A stretch of 64,000 nucleotides of DNA from Trueperaceae bacterium (GTDB lineage: Bacteria; Deinococcota; Deinococci; Deinococcales; Trueperaceae), in contig OZ243956.1 of assembly GCA_965214405.1 (NCBI GenBank), positions 3,040,001 to 3,104,000 of the forward strand, written 5' to 3'. This document shows, in pieces, positions 58,489 to 64,000 of this stretch; within the stretch, counting starts at the first letter, position 1; every line of letters begins with the position of its first letter. Made by a program: the position numbers and the translations under genes. The notes under the pieces were generated by a model. The model saw nothing but the letters and a program-made list of their open reading frames with translations, was not told the origin of the DNA and searched no databases.

Positions 58489-59568
58489 TCAAGCGTCCTT
58501 ACCGATAACGTCCTCGAGCCCCCCCGCCCCACTCTCGTCAAGCCTCGCCAACAGCCCCTTGTTGATGTCCTTGAGAAGCCCCGGCCCCCGGTAGACAAAA
58601 CTCGTATAAAGCTGCACCAACGAGGCCCCGGCGCGTAGCCTTTCCCACACGTCATCCGCGCTAAAAATACCGCCGACGGACACGAGCGGCAGCGCGTCCC
58701 CAACTTGGACGCGCAAGTAACGCAGCAGCTCTAAAGACCGCGTTCCCAGAGGCCGCCCCGAAAGCCCGCCTGCTTCGTTTATGGGATTGCGGAGACCGGC
58801 TCGAGCCACCGTCGTGTTGGTAGCGATGAGGCCGCCCAGACCGAATTCCAACGCCAGCCTCACAATTTCGTCAAGCTGTTCGAAAGATAAGTCGGGCGCG
58901 ATTTTGAGGAGAATGGGTTTACGGGCGGGCTGATTCGCGGCGTAGCCTGTGACGGTGTCTAAAAGGCGCTCGAGCCGCCCCCCCTCCTGCAATGCCCGCA
59001 ACCCCGGCGTGTTGGGCGAACTCACGTTGACGGCAAAATAGTCGGCGTAGGGCCAGAGCGTTTCCAGTGAGGCTAAATAATCGCTCGGCGCGTCGTCCAA
59101 AGGTGTTACCTTGGATTTGCCCAAGTTGATACCCAGAGGTGTTGGAAGGGTTTTTCGCCGTAGAGCTTCGAGCCGCGTCGCCACCGCTGCCGCGCCGCCG
59201 TTGTTAAAGCCCAGCCGGTTGATTAAGGCCTCATCCTCCGGCAATCTAAAAAGCCGGGGTTTCGGGTTGCCGGGCTGCGCCTGCGCGGTCACGCTGCCCA
59301 CTTCGGTAAAGCCGAAACCCAGCGCGGGCCAGGTGGGCACCGCGAGCGCGTTTTTGTCAAAGCCCGCCGCCAAGCCTACAGGATTAGGGAACGTCAGGCC
59401 AAAGCGCCGGACGGTGAGCCGGGGGTCTTGGACGCTGTAGAGGCTCGAGAAGAGCCGCAACGCGCCAGGGTGGCGACCTGCGCGGGCGAGTTCGCCCATC
59501 ACCCGGTCGTGGACGGTTTCGGGGTCGGCGCGAAAAAGGAGGGGTTTGAGGAGGGCGTAGGCGGTCAC
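58489..59568 (-). CDS. pyrD: Quinone-dependent dihydroorotate dehydrogenase
   Basis: GLAAGFDKN, NRLGFNN, NVSSPNTPGLR, KIAPD and GGLSG motifs. Confidence 0.96.
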   Translation of the reverse strand: MTAYALLKPLLFRADPETVHDRVMGELARAGRHPGALRLFSSLYSVQDPRLTVRRFGLTFPNPVGLAAGFDKNALAVPTWPALGFGFTEVGSVTAQAQPGNPKPRLFRLPEDEALINRLGFNNGGAAAVATRLEALRRKTLPTPLGINLGKSKVTPLDDAPSDYLASLETLWPYADYFAVNVSSPNTPGLRALQEGGRLERLLDTVTGYAANQPARKPILLKIAPDLSFEQLDEIVRLALEFGLGGLIATNTTVARAGLRNPINEAGGLSGRPLGTRSLELLRYLRVQVGDALPLVSVGGIFSADDVWERLRAGASLVQLYTSFVYRGPGLLKDINKGLLARLDESGAGGLEDVIGKDA

Positions 59569-59707
59569 TCAGGTACTAACTTTAGCATGAGGCATAGAAG
59601 AAGCCCCACACGGAGCTTCTTTGCGAACTCTTATCTTGGTCTCTGTTGTAGATTTCTCTGACGGAGACTCGAGCGACGGATTCAGACGGCTTGCCTCTTA
59701 CTTCTAC

Positions 59708-60424
59708 CTATTTCTGCGGCGGCTGGCTCGGGCGCACCTCGACGCGGCTCGGCAGCGTGCGGGGGTGCATGGTGAGCAAATCCACCACCAGCTTGGCGAT
59801 GTCCTCGGGCTGAATCTTCCAGGCGTCTTTCTCGGTCGGGGTGTGGTCGTTAAAGTGCGTGGCGACCGAGCCCGGCATGATGTACGAGACTTTGACGCCC
59901 TTTTGGCGCAGGTCGAGCATCACCGCCTCGGAAAAGCCGTTGAGGCCAAACTTCGAAGCGTTGTAGGCCGCGCCGCCCGCAAACGCGTTTTTTCCGGCCA
60001 GCGACGAGATGTTGATGATGTACCCCTCGGCCTTTTTTAACTCCTCCACCGCCGCCTTGACGCTGTAAAACGCGCCCGTGAGGTTCGTGTCCACCGTGTC
60101 GTGCCACTCTTCTACGCTCATCTCGTCGATAGGCGCGAAGCGGCCCACCCCGGCGTTGGCGATAAGCACGTCCAAACTGCCAAACTCGTCTACCGTCTTC
60201 TTGACCGCCTGGACCTGCTCATCCATATCGCGGACGTTGCACTTGACGCCAATGGCGCGGCCCGGTCCCGTTTGGGAGAGTTTCTGCGCCGCCTCTTCAA
60301 CTTCGTCTTGATGCCGGGAGGTCACCGCGACGTTCGCGCCCTCCCGAACCAGGAGTTCCGCCACGCTGTAACCGATGCCCTTGCTGCCGCCTGTGACGAG
60401 CGCTGTTTTTCCGTTAATGTCCAT
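59708..60424 (-). CDS. SDR family oxidoreductase
   Basis: TGGSKGIG, NAG and YNASK motifs. Confidence 0.94.
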   Translation of the reverse strand: MDINGKTALVTGGSKGIGYSVAELLVREGANVAVTSRHQDEVEEAAQKLSQTGPGRAIGVKCNVRDMDEQVQAVKKTVDEFGSLDVLIANAGVGRFAPIDEMSVEEWHDTVDTNLTGAFYSVKAAVEELKKAEGYIINISSLAGKNAFAGGAAYNASKFGLNGFSEAVMLDLRQKGVKVSYIMPGSVATHFNDHTPTEKDAWKIQPEDIAKLVVDLLTMHPRTLPSRVEVRPSQPPQK

Positions 60425-60544
60425 AACGCGAACCTAACAGGAAAGTGGGGGACGTTTTGAAGCGTTGCTGACAAAGGGGGGGTGCTCCTGATTCACGGCG
60501 GAGGACGTTTTACCGCATGTTCTGGTTCAGCGGTGAGTACGGAT

Positions 60545-62020
60545 TCAGGGAGTGAGGGTGGGGCTGACCTCGAGCAGACCAAACTCGCGGTTGTATATCT
60601 CGCTGAGCCACCTCGCAAACACCGCGCCCGGTGCCGGTGCGTCTTCTGCGAAACCTGGCAGGGGATAGCGAACAGAGACCACAGCCGCCCACAGGCCCGT
60701 GCTGCTCTCAAAAATCCTTCCGTCCTCTACGCGCACGCCCCACGCTTCATATTTGGCACCCACCCCCTCAGCTTCGGCCCGACGCGCGTCCTTTAAGCGC
60801 GCCGTTAGCACCGCCGCCGCCCCCTGCGCTGTCTCGCCGTCCTCATAAAGCAGGGCGACGGTGCCGACCTGCTCCGGTCCCGCCTGGCTGTCGGCGAGTA
60901 CGGCGAGACCGTAGGGGGGTAGGGGGTCACCCTGCGGCGCGGTCTCAGGGGATAGCAGTATTCTCGAGGGGTTCTCCATCATGCCAAAAGGATCGTTGGG
61001 GACAAAACCCAAATCAGCAAAATTCCAGAACTGCGCCTGAACAAGCGTACCCTCTTCTGAAGCGAGGGCTTCGGCGAGCGTCCGGTAGTCCGCCGCGTCG
61101 GCGAGGGACGGGTCACGGTCATCGTGGCTGTCTACGATGGCCTGCGTCATCGCGGCGGTGGGGGTGTTGGCGAGATAGTCCGGGAAGACCGCGAGACGCG
61201 TCGCCTTGCCCAAAGAGCCGACAAAGGGGTCACCCGGTTCCCGACCCGCGATGTCGATACTGTATTCCTCCCCCTTTTGCCAAAGGGTCGTGCCCTGGTA
61301 GGTCGTTCTTTCGAAGTCACGCCCTGAGAGTTTCTCTGCCAGCTTGTCGGGGTCGGGTGTGGCGGCGAAGAGCGTGCCGACGTTGGGCGGCGTGCCGTAG
61401 GCGAGCGCGCGGCCAATATCAAACCACTCAAAACCCAGCAAATCGGGCATCTCTCCAATCATGATCGAGAGGTATATGAGCAGGTCGTCCGGCCCGCTGC
61501 GAACGCGTCCCAGCGTTTTTAGCCAAATTCGCTGCGCCTCGGGTGACATCGCGGCGAAATCCTCTGCGGTCTGTGGTGAGGCAGGGTTTGTCGCAAACGC
61601 CGCCCCGAAATCCACAAAGCTCACGCTGGGCACCCCCTGGCGGGCCGTGACGGTGTCGGGCACAAGCGAAAGCATACTCAGCAAGGGCGTCTTTTCAGCA
61701 AGCGGCACGTCCGCCTGCTGACGCGTCAGCACCAAGTCCTGCGTTTCGTCCCCGTCCAGCGTGAGCCGCAGCGTGTCGCCCTCGAGCGCGCCCGTCACGT
61801 CGGCGCCGTCCTCGAGGGTGCCGCTTAGCTCATTCCCCTCCATACGGACCTCGAATGAGCTGAACACGCCGTAGCCGGGTGCCAGGGTAGCCACCAACCC
61901 TTCGGGGGTCTCTTCTAAAAAAACCGAGACTTGCTCCTCTTTGGAGACAAACTTGCCCGGCGCGACCTGCGCGAACGCCATAGTGAAACTCAAAAGTAAG
62001 GGTAGAACCAGGTAACGCAT
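60545..62020 (-). CDS. Hypothetical exported protein
   Basis: RBS AAGGAG; signal peptide MRYLVLPLLLSFTMAFA. Confidence 0.7.
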   Translation of the reverse strand: MRYLVLPLLLSFTMAFAQVAPGKFVSKEEQVSVFLEETPEGLVATLAPGYGVFSSFEVRMEGNELSGTLEDGADVTGALEGDTLRLTLDGDETQDLVLTRQQADVPLAEKTPLLSMLSLVPDTVTARQGVPSVSFVDFGAAFATNPASPQTAEDFAAMSPEAQRIWLKTLGRVRSGPDDLLIYLSIMIGEMPDLLGFEWFDIGRALAYGTPPNVGTLFAATPDPDKLAEKLSGRDFERTTYQGTTLWQKGEEYSIDIAGREPGDPFVGSLGKATRLAVFPDYLANTPTAAMTQAIVDSHDDRDPSLADAADYRTLAEALASEEGTLVQAQFWNFADLGFVPNDPFGMMENPSRILLSPETAPQGDPLPPYGLAVLADSQAGPEQVGTVALLYEDGETAQGAAAVLTARLKDARRAEAEGVGAKYEAWGVRVEDGRIFESSTGLWAAVVSVRYPLPGFAEDAPAPGAVFARWLSEIYNREFGLLEVSPTLTP

Positions 62021-62166
62021 CTGCTCTCCTTTGTTCCTCTTAGCAGGCAAGTAGCTGAGTATAAGGCCTGTGGTTCTTTTGGTGCCGGTGCATCCTGCCT
62101 CAACCGGTTCGTCGCTACACCATTCGACCACGCGAAAATCATTTAGCCTCCGCGTATGCTAAGGGC

Positions 62167-62973
62167 GTGGACAAATCTAAAAATGAAACCGTTCATGAGC
62201 AGGTCAAAGCGCAGTTCGGCAAAACGGCGGCGGCGTACGTGACGAGTGCCGGTCACGCCAAAGGAGACGAACTCAAACTCATGGTCGCCCTTGCGGGTGA
62301 GCTTAGGGAAAGACGCGTGCTGGACGTGGCGACGGGTGGCGGTCACACGGCGCTGGCTTTTGCAAGGGCCGGGGCGGAGGTGACGGCAACCGACCTAACG
62401 CCGGATATGCTGAGAGCGGCTAAAGCTTTTATCGCCGACGCAATAACCAATAAAGACGGGGCGCTGCGTTTTAGGCTCGCGCCCGCCGAAAAACTCCCTT
62501 TTGAGGATGCGGCCTTCGAGGTCGTCACCTGCCGCATCGCCGCGCATCATTTCGCGGACCCCCAGGCGTTTGTAAAGGAGGCGGCACGGGTTTTGGTGCC
62601 GGGTGGGATGTTGATGCTGGTGGATAACGTGGCCCCGATTTCTCCTGAGCTTGCCGAGGCGATGAACCGTATCGAGCGCGAACGTGACCCCAGCCACGTG
62701 GAAGCCTACAGCGTGCCGCGCTGGGTGGCGTGGCTTGCCGGGGCGGGCCTCGAACCCGTCCACCTCTCACGTTGGGAAACGCACAAACCTTTTGAGGCGT
62801 GGCTGGCTCGAGCCCAAACACCAGAGGACGCGGGCCGAGCCTTGGAAACGTACGTCCTCGGCTTGCCCGCGTCCTTTAGGGATTATTTTAGGGTGAAGGC
62901 GGAGGGGAGCCGCCTCGTCTCGCTCGCGCACGAAGCGGCGCTCCTCGTTGCGCGGCTCGGCCCCGTTTCTTAA
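62167..62973 (+). CDS. Class I SAM-dependent methyltransferase
   Basis: VLDVATGGGH, LPFEDAAF and CRIAAHHF motifs. Confidence 0.92.
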   Translation: MDKSKNETVHEQVKAQFGKTAAAYVTSAGHAKGDELKLMVALAGELRERRVLDVATGGGHTALAFARAGAEVTATDLTPDMLRAAKAFIADAITNKDGALRFRLAPAEKLPFEDAAFEVVTCRIAAHHFADPQAFVKEAARVLVPGGMLMLVDNVAPISPELAEAMNRIERERDPSHVEAYSVPRWVAWLAGAGLEPVHLSRWETHKPFEAWLARAQTPEDAGRALETYVLGLPASFRDYFRVKAEGSRLVSLAHEAALLVARLGPVS

Positions 62974-62976
62974 CCC

Positions 62977-63999
62977 TTACTGGCGCTTTATGAGCACCGC
63001 CCAATCCTGAGTCGCGTCTTTGGGCGGGCTGCCCAACGCGACCTTGCCGCCGCCTGAAACCGTGCGGGTCGTCCCCTCGAAGTTTCCGGTGCGAGGGTTG
63101 AACCATTTCGCTGTGAAGCGTCCCGATACGCCGCTTAAGTCAAGGGTGCCGGTGCTAGAAGCGTTCTTAAAGTAGACCGCGTAAACCGCGCCCTTTTTGG
63201 CAAAGACGTAATCGCTGGTAACGGAGGTGAGGCCGTCTTGCGAACTCATCTGGGTAAAGGGAAGCGCGCGGAAGAAGAGAAGCGCGTACCGTGTGTAGTC
63301 CCACACCCGGTCGCGGCTGCGCCAGTCCTCCGCCGTGAGGTCGCTGTTGGCGTACTTGTAACCGAAGTACCACTCGACGCCCGCGCCGCCCGCCATGAGG
63401 TTGGCCCAGAGCGCTTCTTCGCGGGCGGTCTCGTGGTTGTTGCCGGGGCCGTCGGGGGAGACGCCCTCCCCGGCGGTGCCGGGCTCGTCAATCGTCACGA
63501 CCCAGGGCTGACCCGAGGCCGCCGAGGCTCTAAGCCACTTTAGCGTCTCCTCGTGCCCGCCCGCCATGCGGTCAAGCTGGATAGATGCGCCGTCAAGCCC
63601 GGGAAACCCGAGGAGCGGCTTGTACACCTTGTCGTGCTCCCAGGGGTAGGTATGGACCACAATAGGATGGTCGTAAGGGTCAACCGCGCGAAAGAAGTTT
63701 GCAAAGTCCCGGCGCTGCGCGTCGGTGTTGGTGTTCTCTTCGCCTAAGTTCCAGGTGAGCGCCAAGTGCTGCGAAAAGCGCGCGACGAGTTCGCGGTAGT
63801 AGAGTTTGCGCTCGACGCCGAGCGCGCCACCGTTTAGCAGCGTGTCGTTTTCGGTTTCCTGAGTCACCACGTGCAGCATCAGGCCCTTTTTGTCCATGTG
63901 GTTGAAGACGATGTTCCACTGCTCGAGCTTGGACACGTCAAAGGTGTCGCGCGCGCCGTAGCTCGTCCAGGGCCACACGTCTTTACCGTCGCCATTCAC
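62977..63999 (-). CDS. DUF5060/DUF4038-like glycoside-hydrolase-fold protein with putative collagen-binding C-terminus (5' end outside window)
   Basis: YYRELVARF, WNLGEEN, WFNPRTG and DWAVLI motifs. Confidence 0.7.
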   Translation of the reverse strand: MNGDGKDVWPWTSYGARDTFDVSKLEQWNIVFNHMDKKGLMLHVVTQETENDTLLNGGALGVERKLYYRELVARFSQHLALTWNLGEENTNTDAQRRDFANFFRAVDPYDHPIVVHTYPWEHDKVYKPLLGFPGLDGASIQLDRMAGGHEETLKWLRASAASGQPWVVTIDEPGTAGEGVSPDGPGNNHETAREEALWANLMAGGAGVEWYFGYKYANSDLTAEDWRSRDRVWDYTRYALLFFRALPFTQMSSQDGLTSVTSDYVFAKKGAVYAVYFKNASSTGTLDLSGVSGRFTAKWFNPRTGNFEGTTRTVSGGGKVALGSPPKDATQDWAVLIKRQ

Positions 64000-64000
64000 A

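Overview
GC-rich bacterial chromosomal segment. Gene content, many leaderless -10 promoters and heavy CTCGAG usage suggest Deinococcota, possibly Truepera-like; this is inference. Left to right: MFS transporter and serine hydrolase; a lipoprotein/secreted-protease cluster (two S8, one S1, a beta-helix lipoprotein) around a BTAD-NB-ARC-TPR regulator; an ABC exporter; small accessory genes and gene remnants; MscS, CDF and K+ channel genes; a low-GC restriction-modification islet (stand-alone wHTH plus Dam-type MTase, convergent with a SphI-like HNH endonuclease split by a complete IS with 15-bp TIRs and a 6-bp target duplication); an ABC-2 operon with inserted PfkB and Uma2 genes; crtI; a candidate modification-reading nuclease; amn; a diguanylate cyclase; a SorC-regulated ulaG/ulaD operon using an ABC transporter instead of a PTS; PduO and BtuF-like genes; a TroABCD/DtxR metal uptake locus; pyrD and other housekeeping genes. 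The best lead is the MTase operon promoter, whose 17-bp spacer is two tandem GCATGC sites, the predicted target of the system, suggesting methylation-feedback control. No rRNA, tRNA or CRISPR array was seen. All family calls come from motif recognition, not database searches.
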